Source: Octopus vulgaris
Lineage: Eukaryota
Assembly: GCA_951406725.2 (NCBI GenBank)
Contig: OX597831.1
Coordinates: forward strand, 75,578,001-75,642,000
DNA length: 64,000 nucleotides
Reading direction: 5' to 3'
Made by a program: the position numbers and the translations under genes. Shown one piece after another: positions 52,003 to 64,000 of the stretch (positions are counted from its first letter, which is position 1; the number at the start of each line of letters is the position of its first letter). The notes under the pieces are model-generated. The model saw only the letters and a list, made by a program, of their open reading frames with translations, ran no database searches and was not told the origin of the DNA.

Positions 52003-52431
52003 GGATCTTTTTGGTTTGAACGGCAGTTTTTTCTAGCGGTGTCATATGAAATTGTCACCCATAATTATGACCCTAGTATCGATCTATTGCATTTCAATCT
52101 GTTTTAGGGTTAATGTTAGTTAGGGTTAGGGTTGGGGGGAAGGGTATCTTTGTTTTCTTCACAAATGTAAATAAACCCAATCTGTTTCTTAAACGAGGGG
52201 CATATTCATACGGCACAGAATGTTTTCACCTAAAATAGACGTCATTGATTGGTTGAAATTGCAGAAATTGAAGAAAAAAAACAACAAATATCTTACAAAC
52301 TATAGAATTTTCTCAATAAAGCCAAGAGAAAAAGATGTTTTCTAAACACATTCTACCAGTATACGAAGTTTAAAAGTGCTTAGTTACGTGGAAATTATTT
52401 TAAAAAACTGCCGTTCAAACCGAAAAGATCC
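52003..52431. mobile_element. GG-ended MITE (Merlin- or MULE-like) with internal TTAGGG repeats
   Basis: TIRs GGATCTTTTTGGTTTGAACGGCAGTTTTTT / AAAAAACTGCCGTTCAAACCGAAAAGATCC; 8-bp TSD AGAAGATA. Confidence 0.88.
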
Positions 52432-53873
52432 AGAAGATATTTTAACTATTTTTTTGTTTTTTATGTGTGGTAGTCTCATTTTCCTAAAATGTGCTCAGCA
52501 GTCCGTGCTGTGTAAGTGCAAATCCCAGCGCTTTATGGATTAAGGATAAGCCCTGGTTTATAATCTGGAAATAAGAGGTCGGTCGTGGATGCGCGTTTCT
52601 GGCCCAACGACCGTCGTTAGCACGAGGATTGTCCGAGCTTATCTCTAGTAGCCAAAACAACTTGTAGATTTGACCAACGTTATATGAAGCGCCTTACTCA
52701 TTCAAGCTCACAACGTGTCCCCCGGTCCAGGGATAGAACTCAACGCATTGTGATCGTGATCCAAACACCTCTAACCACTTGACCACTTGACCACTTCACC
52801 TCATCTAAACCAAATACAATATTTTAATTTTAAACACGTTTTTCAAAATCCGCTGGAGTCGATTTTGATATTTGCACCTTTTCGGGGTCGATAAACCCTA
52901 GTGCCAGTCAATTGCTGTGGTCGATGTAATCGACTAGACCCTTTTCCCTTCAATTTCAGACCTTGTGCCTATAGTAGAAAGGAATAAAACACAGTTATGG
53001 CCTTGCGTAATTAAAAAAAAAAGAGCTGAGAGAAATAACTAAGTAGCCAGTGGCGTAAAAGCATTTTTGTCATTTGTAAAATGCTATGCGGCGAAAGAGG
53101 GCGTTGCAGTATGAAAGGTTTTTAAACATTGTGAAACGAACTTGTGAGTGTATCTTCTCTTGTACTTTCGGGGTACAAGAAGCAATCACTAGCCGTTGCT
53201 TTAATAATCCAGAATTCTACCAGTCAGAAACAACAAGACGCAGACGTAAAAGATATATATACTACTTTATTCTCTAATGTGGTAACAGTAACAATAAGTG
53301 GTTATCTGGTATCCCTTTGGTATAAATGTGTCAGTGCTGAACCTTATCGCTGTAAAATAAGAAAGTGTTCAAATGCAAAACGACACTGGTCAAAGATGGC
53401 GTCCGGAACAGGGAGAAGATGTGGTCTGCAACAATTTGGTTAAAGGCCTTTTGGTAAGGTGCTGCTAGAATCAAGTTCGGACGGAGAGAAAATATACGTG
53501 ACCGTCGCCTTCAGTCGCTGCTGTCTCAAGTCGCTGCTTGCTGGACGCTTGTGGTCAACGTCTTACGATCCCCTTGCCTCGGCTAACTGCTACGTAGGCA
53601 GAAGGGTTCTTCTTCCGGTGGTGAAAGCACCAACTCCGCACGCGCGAAATACAAATGGACGGTGCGCGAGCGCGCGCCGTTGTATAGGATCACTACAATT
53701 GCATTGAATGGTTTCTGATTTAGATAGAACGTCACCTATTTTCAGGTTAAGGCCTAATTCATTCCATCAATCCCACTACTTGCAAAATTGATGGGCACTT
53801 TCTCATTATACCATTTGAGCAATGGTTACTCGCAGCGATGTGAACATGCTTTGCAAAGATAGACAGAAATTTG

Positions 53874-54034
53874 GGATCTTTTCGCTTTGACCGGCAGATT
53901 TTAAAAATAATTTCTCTGTAACTAAAAAATTTTAAACTTCGTATACTGGTAGAATGTGTTTATAAAACATCTTTTTCTCTTGGCTTTCTTAAGAAAATTC
54001 TGTAGTTTGTAAGATATTTGTTGTTTATTTTCTT
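53874..54034 (-). mobile_element. Partial inverted copy of the 52003-52431 MITE
   Basis: Reverse complement of about 52270-52431. Confidence 0.8.
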
Positions 54035-54447
54035 GCGTTTACACTCACAGTAAAACCCAAACTGGTGGAAACATCGGGTTTCACGTATGTAAAGAAAGGG
54101 GAAAAAATTCAGTCAACTGATATAACCCATGTGATTAATAGACACACGCTTCCTTCAGATGTATTTAAAATCTAAAAGAGATAACGCCATTAAACAATAG
54201 AAAGTAGAACGTATCTGGAGTTTAAAAGCAACAGGTGAAAGCAGTGGGCATATTTTGTTTGTATTAAACCTCTTTACAGAAGTAGATTAAGCCCTGTCGA
54301 AAGCCTGTGACGGTGAAGCTTTTTATCTTTTCTATCCCAAATATATAATATATAATTTGAATAATTATTACGTAATAATCTAGAGAGGTGGGTTGACAAA
54401 ATCGTGAGAGCTCCAGTAGAAATACTCAGCGGTATTTGTTCTGGCAA

Positions 54448-54662
54448 AGGCGGCGAGCTGGCAGAATCGTTAGCACGCCGGGCGAAATGCCAAGCGGTAT
54501 TTCGTCTGCCTCTACGTTCTGAGTTCAAATTCCGCCGAGGTCGACTTTACCTTTCATTCGGGGTCGATTAAATAAGTACCAGTTACGCGCTGGGGTCGAT
54601 GTAATCGACTTAATCCATTTATCTGTCCTTGTTTGTCCCCTCTATGTTTGTCCCCTTGTGGG
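54448..54662 (+). mobile_element. SINE family B
   Basis: Consensus match. Confidence 0.85.
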
Positions 54663-54975
54663 TTCCATCCAACCGCCTCTCAAGCTTCTTTGATAACGTC
54701 CAGGTTTCTGAGCCATATAGTAGAACTGGTTCGACTGTGGCTTTGAAGATTTTAAGGTTGAAATCTCTACTTTGATTTGATGACCAGATCTTATGCATAT
54801 CATTGCTGGCTGACCAGGCCATATCCTTTCTAGTTAGAAAATCTTTTTCAGATGATGATATGTATGACCCAAGGTATTTGTAATCAGAAACCATATTTAA
54901 GAGCGTATTGTTGAGAGTATGGATGATGAAATCGCTGTTGGACAGGCACTTGTTTACATATTCAGCTCAGCTTAG
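54663..54975 (-). pseudogene. RTE-clade LINE fragment (RT C-terminal region)
   Basis: VSDYKYLGSYIS...KIW...LKIFKATVEPVLLYGSETWTL. Confidence 0.8.
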
Positions 54976-55156
54976 CACTTACCTGCGGGGCTTCAAGTTT
55001 CTCTGTCGGATGTTTCATGTACTCTGCATTGCGACCCTTACAACAAGATGCGTCTTCGTCAAAGCAGTTGCTCCCGCAAAGCAAATTAAATCCCTGAAGC
55101 TGAACGAGAGGAAAGAAAGAAATTCATTTAGAAAAAGGGAACTATAATTATTCAAT

Positions 55157-55793
<637 letters not shown>

Positions 55794-56395
55794 CTTAATG
55801 TGTTGACTTACATTCGGGGCTTCTAGTTTCTCTGTAAAATACGATAATCGTCGCACTTACTCATCTGTTGCAAAATTAGCGCTCATGTCACCATCGATTA
55901 TAAAGAGGAAAGAATACCCGTCAAAAATGTCCAAGGAACATTTGTTCTTTTGATTGTAATAAGATTTTGTCAGAATTGGATAAAATCTCGTTCATGTTTC
56001 GGTAAGAATAAGTTATAAGATACAAATATAAAGTATCAAAATAAAGAGTTATATAAAAACCAGAATAGAAACATAAATAAATATCTCAGGCACAAAATAT
56101 GAGAAAAGATGTTGCTCGGGTCAAACACTGGAGTTTAAAGGTCATGGTCTGACGATGTGAATTTTCCGAGTTCTCCCCTCCTCCACTCCCGTTCGCGAGC
56201 GCGCGTTTTTTTTTTTTCATATTCGTTTAGAGCAAGTTGTTTTACATCTATTACACTATTTTTACTTTTTCTTTTTGCTCGGGTCAAACCCTTTCGTTTG
56301 ACCGAAATAACTATAATATTTCTTGAGACAATAATACTTTAAATGAATGGATAACTTCATTGTGGAATTATATACTAAGAAGCAATTATAAGATA

Positions 56396-56780
56396 TGGAA
56401 GCACTCCGTCGGTTACGACGATGAGGGTTCCGGTTGATCCGAATCAACGGAACAGCCTGCTCGTGAAATTAACGTGTAAGTGGCTGAGCACTCCACAGAC
56501 ACGTGCACCCTTAACGTAGTTCTCGGAGATATTCAGCGTGATACAGAGAGTGACAAGGCCGGCCCTTGAAATACAGGTACAACAGAAACAGGAAGAAAGA
56601 GTGAGAGAAAGTTGTGGTGAAAGAGTACAGCAGGGATCACCACCACCCCCTGCCGGAGCCTCGTGGAGCTTTAAGGTGTTTTCACTCAATAAACACTCAC
56701 AACGCCCGGTCTGGGAATCGAAACCGCGACCCTACGACCGCGAGTCCGCTGCCCTAACCACTGGGCCATTGCGCCTCCAC
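56396..56780 (-). mobile_element. SINE family C, full length, flanked by a 75-bp direct repeat
   Basis: Near-identical to 6643-7028; flanks 56321-56395 and 56781-56855. Confidence 0.9.
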
Positions 56781-57131
56781 TCTTGAGACTATAATACTTT
56801 AAATGAATGGATGGCTTCATTGTGGAATTATATACTAAGAAGCAATTATAAGATAATGCTTTATTTAAAACAAAAAGAAAAGTAAAAGAAAGAGCAATGT
56901 ATTTGGATGGTAGAATTAATAGGAAAATAGCTATAGCTAATATTTAGTTATGTCTCCTCGCATAGTGAGATCAAATCCCAAGGGGGTTGACCCTGCATTT
57001 TATTTTCCTGGGGTCAAACGCTTTGAAATAAATGGATATAAATATGAGGAAATTATAAATTGGAAGCAAATATAAAGGATTATTGTTTCGTTAATTAGAA
57101 GAAAAGAACGAAGCAGAGAAATATTTTTGTT

Positions 57132-57365
57132 AAGGAGGCGAGCTGGCAGAAAGGTTAGCACATCGGTCGAAATGCGTAGCCGTATTTCGTCTGCTGTTAC
57201 GTTCTGAGTTCAAATTCCGCCGAGGTTGACTTCGCCTTTCATCCTTTCGGGGTCTATAAATAATGTACCAGTTTCGCACTGGGGTCGATGTAATCGACTT
57301 AATCCGTTTGTCTGTCCTTGTTTGTCCCCTCTGTGTTTAGCCCCCTTGTGGGTAGTAAAGAAATA
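57132..57365 (+). mobile_element. SINE family B
   Basis: Consensus match. Confidence 0.85.
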
Positions 57366-57727
57366 GAGAAATATTTGGGTGGTAGAACTAGAAGAGAGGC
57401 AGACGCAAATGCCTGGTGTCGTTTTAATTACGTTTCTTTATGTATTGAGTTCAAATTCTGCCGAGGTTGGCGTTGTATTTTATTCTTCAAGGATTAATAA
57501 AAATTACAATCAAATATACGGGAATCGACTTTCTAGACTATTCTAGACCTTTCCACAAAATTTGTGATTCTAGTTTCAACGATAGAAATCTTGTCAGAGT
57601 TTCCGAAAAGTTATCCTTACTACAAAAGGGAGTAAAAGGGCAAATATTAGGCGGGTTTTCCATTTCTTTTTTCATTAATATTCCTGTATCCCACATAAAC
57701 GGCAATTGCATTTCTAAAACCATTCTG

Positions 57728-57973
57728 GGTACTACTTAAGAAGAGTGGTCCCGGTGCGCGCACTCGCGTACTCGCGCATCCGCGCTAGCTAGTCGTGACT
57801 AGTCGATCCTACAACGACTACCTAGCGAAGTAAATAAAACACAAAATAATTTTTTAAAACAAAGTAAATAAAACACAAAAACACAAAGTAAGGATCGACT
57901 AGTTACGACTAGCTAGCGCGGATGCGCGTGAACACGAGTGCGCGCTCCGGGACCACTCTTCTTAAGCAGTACC
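57728..57973. mobile_element. MULE/Merlin-like MITE with ~80-bp CpG-rich TIRs
   Basis: GGTACTACTTAAGAAGAGTGGTCCCGG... / ...CCGGGACCACTCTTCTTAAGCAGTACC; perfect 9-bp TSD ACCATTCTG (57719-57727, 57974-57982). Confidence 0.9.
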
Positions 57974-58159
57974 ACCATTCTGTCCCCACCCCCCGCCAAT
58001 AAAAAATATAAATTTTCCATCTCCTCTTTTTCATTTCGTATCCCTTCTTTCTTTCCAATGAAGTAGGAACAGTTAGTCCGGCACTCCGCTGGAGCCTTTA
58101 TTAAAAACGGGTACTATTTTCGCTGATCACCGTCTAAATTATAAAGTGTCTTTGACAAA

Positions 58160-58191
58160 ATGGCGAGTTCTGTCTCAGCGTGGTTCAACCG
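58160..58191 (+). CDS. LAS1L: Las1-like ribosome biogenesis endoribonuclease, coding exon 1
   Basis: Kozak-like AAAATGGCG; MASSVSAWFN-CG|GTAAAT phase-2 donor; joins exon 2 in frame. Confidence 0.75.
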
Positions 58192-59874
58192 GTAAATGGA
58201 ATTTTAGAGTTTCTCCAGTTTAATGTCGTTAAATCCTAATATAAATTGTATTTCATGTGTCTTCCTTCTCTCCTTTTCAAATCATTTTAATGGTTTCAGG
58301 TTTTTAGAATTATCTGAACAGACTTTCTAGCAATAATAATATGTTTGATCCAAAAGAAGCGAATCCTTTGCTTCTCTTCTAACATTTGTATCGTTTTACC
58401 TATAAATGTTGGTCTATTTCTAATGTTTTATTTATCTGTGTTGCTATCTGTGTTCATACATTGTTTTATTGTATTGCCCAACTGTACTAATAAATCGTAA
58501 AACGAAACTCAATTCGCTTGGATCAAAAAAGCACTTTACATTACATGTTTGTTTACTAAATGAAAATCTGTTTCTTTACTACCCACAAGGGGCTAAACAT
58601 TGAGGGGACAAACAAGGACAGACAAAGGGATTAAGTCGATCACATCGACCCCAGTGCGTAACTGGTACTTAATTTATCGACCCCCCCCCCCCCGAAAGGA
58701 TGAAAGGCAAAGTCGACCTCGGCGAACCGAAAAGCTTCTACCCTGACTTCGTCTCTCGACTTGTAAAGCATTGTAGCTAAACCTCTCTCAGTTCACACCC
58801 TGCCGTCTTAAAAAATATAGGGTCACACTGGATAATATTTTCATAGATATGCATTTCCTGCGTGATCGACAGATTGGTCACAGCCGGAACGCCTGTGATC
58901 GTAGGTTTGCTCAGTTGGGGTTAATTATGAATAACCAACAATTGTTTACTTATTTTGTGAGGGTTCAATATACAACCAAATGGACCAACAATTTTTTTAT
59001 TAACTTGTTTCTCCAATTATTATTCTTTTTTTCTTTAATTGGAAATAATATTGTAGAAAGGATTATTATAAAGTGGCAAGTGGGTAGAGTCATTAGAGTG
59101 GAATTTCTTCCTGCTCTTTATGTTCTGAGTTCAAATCCTGCTGAGGTCATCTTTACCTTTTATCCACATGGGGGCCAATAAAATAAAGCACCTGTTGAGC
59201 ACTGATGGGGGTGGGGTTTAATGTAATTGACTAATTCCTTCTCTTTCTATCAAAATTTGAAATCATTATTATTATTATTGGGTTAATGTCAGACACTTTC
59301 CTCTTTGACCAAGGCCTCATCAAAGGAAGGTGAGGGTAAAGAGGGAAGTGTTGTCTTCTTGCAAATTTGTTGAAAAGCGGGGAAATGTTGGGGAAAATGT
59401 CCAGTATGGGTGGACCAATTCTGAGATTACACCTGTAAAAAAAAAAGGGTATAAAAGGAGAAAGGGCTTTTGTCCTGTTGACCAGGCACCTGCGGCCTTT
59501 ATGCGTTTTTTCCATGAGTAACCTTTAAAGCACCTCTCCCTATTGGGAGTCTTTTGTTACATTGTTTTCCTCTGTTATCAAATGTTTACACAGACCTTTT
59601 TTTGCAAAACCCTTTGTATATCGTCTTGTGTTGTCCTTTAATGTTTTAATTTATGTTAGCCCTTGTGGCCAATAAAAATAATTAATTATTATCATTATGG
59701 AAGATTTACCTGCTAAGATCTTCATTGCAAAGTGATATTAGAGATTGGAGAAAAACCAACTTCCTGATATTGGTTCTGACATGTTTTAGATGATGGCTAG
59801 GGAGGACTGGTGGAGATCTGAAGATAAGACCTTTTGTTGCCTAATTTTTGTTCTAAATATTAGCTTAATAATCC

Positions 59875-60080
59875 TTTCTGCTATAGGCACAAGGCCTGAA
59901 ATTTTGGGGGAGGGGACTAGTTGATTACATTGACCCCAGTGTTTCACTGGTATTTAATTCATTGACCTCCGAAAGGGTAATGTCGACCCCGGTGGAATTT
60001 GAACTCAGAACATGAAGACAGAGGAAATACCATTAAGCATTTCGCCAGGTATGCTAACAATTCTCCCAGCTCTTCACCTT
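59875..60080 (-). mobile_element. Intronic SINE family B, diverged
   Basis: GGAATTTGAACTCAGAAC core. Confidence 0.75.
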
Positions 60081-60438
60081 AAATATTAGCTTAATAATGA
60101 CAATTATTTTACCAAATTCTTCGTTATTTTCAAAATTAATTCGAACAAAGGCAGTGTATTTCAGCAGTAATAGGGTCAACAAAAGGGTCAAACTGTTCTT
60201 AATTAAAACCCTCCATTAAAATTCCTTGTTAGTTTATGTTCCAAATGCTAACTTAATAATGGCAAAATTATTTTACTAAATTCTTTGTTATTTTTTAAAT
60301 TAAATCAATAGAAGCAAAGGCGGTGTCACAGAAATATGGCAACAAAAAGGTTTAACCAATAAATCTTTTCTTCAGAATTTCTTCTGTAATATTTTTCTTT
60401 GTTTTCATTTTGGTTTTATTTCATTTTCTCCATTGCAG

Positions 60439-60531
60439 CGAAGAATTTTTGGAAGTCTACAATGAGATCTTCAGTAATGACATAAAAAAACAGAAACATG
60501 CTCTTGGAAGAATTGCTGTATGGAAATCAAG
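60439..60531 (+). CDS. LAS1L: Las1-like ribosome biogenesis endoribonuclease, coding exon 2 (gene continues beyond the window)
   Basis: Acceptor TTTTCTCCATTGCAG|, donor AG|GTAAAA; spliced peptide AWFNREEFLEVYNEIFSNDIKKQKHALGRIAVWKSR matches the Las1 N-terminal pattern as recalled (human AWLSRAEW..V...LF.DD...Q.YAL.RI.VWRSR). Confidence 0.8.
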
Positions 60532-60624
60532 GTAAAAATATAAATGTGTGTGTGTGTGTGTGTGTAAGCTGAGGGCAGCTACTTTGAGTATGTGTGTATA
60601 TATATATTTATTGTTTTAATTGTT

Positions 60625-60998
60625 TATTTGTTTCAGTTATTTGACTGCAGCCATGCTGGAGCACTGCCTTTAGTTGAGCAAATCGACCCTAGGACTTATT
60701 CTTTGTGAGTCTAGTACTTATTCTATCGGTGTCTGCTGAACCGGTAAGTTACGGGGATGTAAACACACCGGCACCGGTTGTCAAGCGATGTTGCAGGGAC
60801 AGACAACCAAACATATATATATATATATATATACACGATGGGCTTCTTTCAGTTTCCGTCTACTAAATCCACTCACAAGGCTTTGATCGGCCTGAGGCTA
60901 TAGTAGAGGATACTTGCCCAGGGTGTCACGCAGTGGGACTGAACCTGGAACCATGTGGTTGGTAAGCAAGCTACTTACCACACAGCCACTCCTGCACC
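60625..60998 (-). mobile_element. Intronic SINE family A
   Basis: Consensus match. Confidence 0.85.
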
Positions 60999-61817
60999 TA
61001 TATGTGTATATATATATATGTGTATATATATATATATGTATATATATATATGTGTGTATATATATATATATGTGTATATATATATATATGTGTATATATA
61101 TATATATGTGTATATATATATATATATGTGTATATATATATATATCATCATCATCATCATCATCATCGTTTAACGTCCGCTTTCCATGCTAGCATGGGTT
61201 ATGTGTATATATATATATATGTGTATATATATATATATGTGTATATATATATATATATGTGTATATATATATATATGTGTATATATATATATATGTGTAT
61301 ATATATATATATATGTGTATATATATATATGCACAGATCATGAATGGCTAAAAGTTAAGTGAATCGTTCAACCTCGCTACGACTACCTTCTTTCTTGCAC
61401 TTATCCTTACTCTTTCTCTATTCTTCAATTTCCATCTCATTGTATTGTCCCTCATTCTTTCAGTATTCCCTCATTACCCTGTCTAGCTCAAACATTTTTT
61501 TCGTTTAGACTTGTCTCCAGGTTCATAGCCACTCTGATTTTTCAATTTTTCAATTTTTCAATTCTTCGTTTAGTATTGTCTCCCGATTCATACTAACCCA
61601 TTTGCTAGCTCACGATTAACAGAACCTCTTTACTCAGCTACGGTGCACCCGCCCTCCCACCCCCACCACGCATGCCGGAAGTTCCTATTCTCTTCCATTC
61701 CGGGGTTGCTTCCCATGAAGACTGCAAATGCTCTCACCATCCCTACCCCTCCCTACCCCTAGTCTCGACCTATGTAAGGTAATGTTCACACAGTGCAAAA
61801 TATGAAAGGCTAGCGTT

Positions 61818-64000
61818 ATGCAGGTTGTACTGAAGGCTACTTTACTACTTCATTTTTTGCACATGAATTCTGCCAAATGCGAGCTTTCTTTTCAGGTACA
61901 CGAAGCTACTGTCCACCGTCCCAGGGTCTCTAGAGCCCATGCCTTCCACACCCTCAGGGTTGGCACCCTCAACGTTGGCACTCTGAAAGGTAGGTCTGGT
62001 GAGATAGTCGAGATGCTTGAACGGAGATGTGTGGATATATGTTGCATGCAAGAAATAAGGTGGAGAGGAGGATCAGCTAGGTTCCTCACAGGCAAGGAAC
62101 GCAGGTACAAGATTTTCTGGGCAGGGAATACTGACGGGGTTGGTGGCGTGGGTATACTTATCGCTAAGAAATGGGTAGATAAAGTAATTGAGGTAATCAG
62201 AGTAAGTGACAGAATACTTAAGATTAGATTAGTGCTTCATCATAGTTTAGCAACCATTATATCAGCCTATGCTCCTCAGTCGGGGCTACCCGATGGACAG
62301 AAAGACCGATTCTATGACACTCTACTGCAGACTACCTCATTGACGAACGACAGAGACCTTATCTTTGTGGCTGGTGACTTCAATGGTCACGTTGGACGAC
62401 ATGCTGGGGGCTTCCATGGCGTACATGGAGGCTACGGCTATGGCTCCCGCAACGAGGAGGGAACCAGGCTGCTGGAGTTCTGCGATGCAAATAATCTTAT
62501 GATTTGCAACACTAACTTCAGGAAACCTACCAGCCACCTAGTCACTTACCAATCGGGCCAACATACCAGCCAAATTGACTACATCCTTACAAGGCAAAGG
62601 GAGAGATGGCTGCTTATAAATGCCAAAACCTTCCCAGGTGAAGAATGTACCCCACAACATAGACTGGTAGTTAGTGACTTTAGGATCAGGACTAGGAGGA
62701 CAACCAGAAGACGACAAATATGGAGAAGAAGGATCTGGAAGCTTAAAGATCCTGCAAATGGACAGAGATTTAGGGACATATTACTTGAAGCCTCTGACGA
62801 AGTAGAAGGGGATAGAGCATCACAGGGGGTAGAAGACAGCTGGACGTTTCTAAGGGACAACCTGCTGAGAGCCACTGACCAGATCTGTGGCTGGTGCAAA
62901 GTCCCCTCTCGACCTAGAATAACGTGGTGGTGGAACAATATTGTAGACAGGGCTATTAGAGAAAAGAGACAGGCTTGGAAGGTCTGGAAAAATGGGGGTA
63001 GCAGGGAATTGTATCAGACTGCCAAAAGAGAAGCTAGGAGACAGGTTTATTTAGCCAGAGGGGAAGCAGATAAGAAAAAATTTGCCAATGTTCTGCGCCG
63101 TGAGGACCAAAGACTGGAGGTGTTTCGTGTTGCAAGACAGTGTGTGAGAGAGAATCGTGATGTGGTAGGAGAGAAGTGTGTTCGCATGGAAGATGGTTCA
63201 CTTGCGCTAAATGAGGATGCAAAGAGAGAGGTTTGGAGATGCCACTACGAAAGGTTGCTGAATGAAGAAAATGAATGGGATAAAGAGAGTCTGCCGAATG
63301 TTGACCCAACAGAGGGACCAGCTATCCGAGTTGATAATTCTGTGGTAGCTAAGGCAATTAGAAGCATGAAGACAGGGAAAGCCCCAGGCCCATCAGGAAT
63401 CACTGCAGAGATGCTCAAAATGTCTGGTAGTGTCGGCTATAGCCTAGTCACCCATATAGTTAATCAGGTGATACACAAAGGGGTCATACCCAATGACTGG
63501 TGTAGCAGTATAATAGTCAACTGCTACAAAGGTAAAGGTGATGCCCTAGATACAAACAACTACAGAGGTATCAAGCTGTTGGACCAGGTGATGAAGGTTA
63601 CGGAGAGGGTCATAGCCCAACTAATTAGAGAGAGAGTTAGTTTAGATGAGATGCAGTTTGGGTTTGTGCCAGGGAAAAGTACTACTGATGCTATATTCCT
63701 GGTAAGGCAGCTGCAGGAGAAATACCTAGCCAAAGATAAGCCCCTGTACCTGGCTTTTGTTGACATGGAGAAAGCCTTCGACAGGGTCCCCCGATCCCTT
63801 ATCTGGTGGGCAATGAGAAAACTAGGGATAGATGAATGGTTAGTGAGAGCTGTGTGGGCCATGTATAGGGACGCCGCTAGTAGGGTGAGGGTTGGAAATG
63901 AGTACAGTGAAGAATTCCGGGTAGAGGTAGGGGTCCACCAAGGCTCAGTACTCAGCCCCCTCCTATTTATCATAGTCCTCCAGGCAATAACGGAGGAATT
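61818..64000 (+). mobile_element. RTE-clade LINE ORF (APE endonuclease plus reverse transcriptase), open to the window end
   Basis: One frame from ATG 61818: RVGTLNVGTL, CMQEIRW, SAYAPQ, GDFNGHVG, SQIDYIL, GKAPGPSGI, NYRGIKLL, QFGFVPG, AFVDMEKAFDRV, GVHQGSVLSPLLF; absent from the ORF track because it runs off the end. 5' UTR probably starts near 61335. Confidence 0.95.

Noticed and set aside
62337-63973. Minus-strand ORFs of 66-137 aa
   Set aside because: Antisense shadows of the RTE LINE ORF.

Overview
AT-rich, microsatellite- and transposon-saturated animal genomic DNA; the SINE families and repeat landscape suggest an octopus (inference, not tested). Two host genes are supportable. (1) A two-exon, ~1142-aa type I membrane glycoprotein (signal peptide, alternating CUB-like and sushi/CCP domains, Thr-rich mucin stalk, TM helix, tail with FxNPxY), CDS join(18307..20955,22485..23264). 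(2) The first two coding exons of a LAS1L/Las1-like gene (58160..58191, 60439..60531), whose intron 2 holds an RTE-clade LINE with an ORF uninterrupted to the window end. The rest is mobile DNA: decayed mariner, Chapaev3-like and maT-like transposons, R4/Dong-like RLE-LINE fragments, hAT and GG-ended MITEs, a non-autonomous Helitron and dozens of tRNA-derived SINEs from three or more modular families. Best novelty candidates: a ~200-bp (TA)n-embedded element carrying a minimal hammerhead-ribozyme motif (3 copies), the intron-poor CUB/sushi receptor with endocytic motifs, locally templated insertions, and a 75-bp duplication flanking a SINE. Most short ORFs in the track are microsatellite or SINE artefacts. 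All calls were made by eye, and SINE boundaries are approximate.
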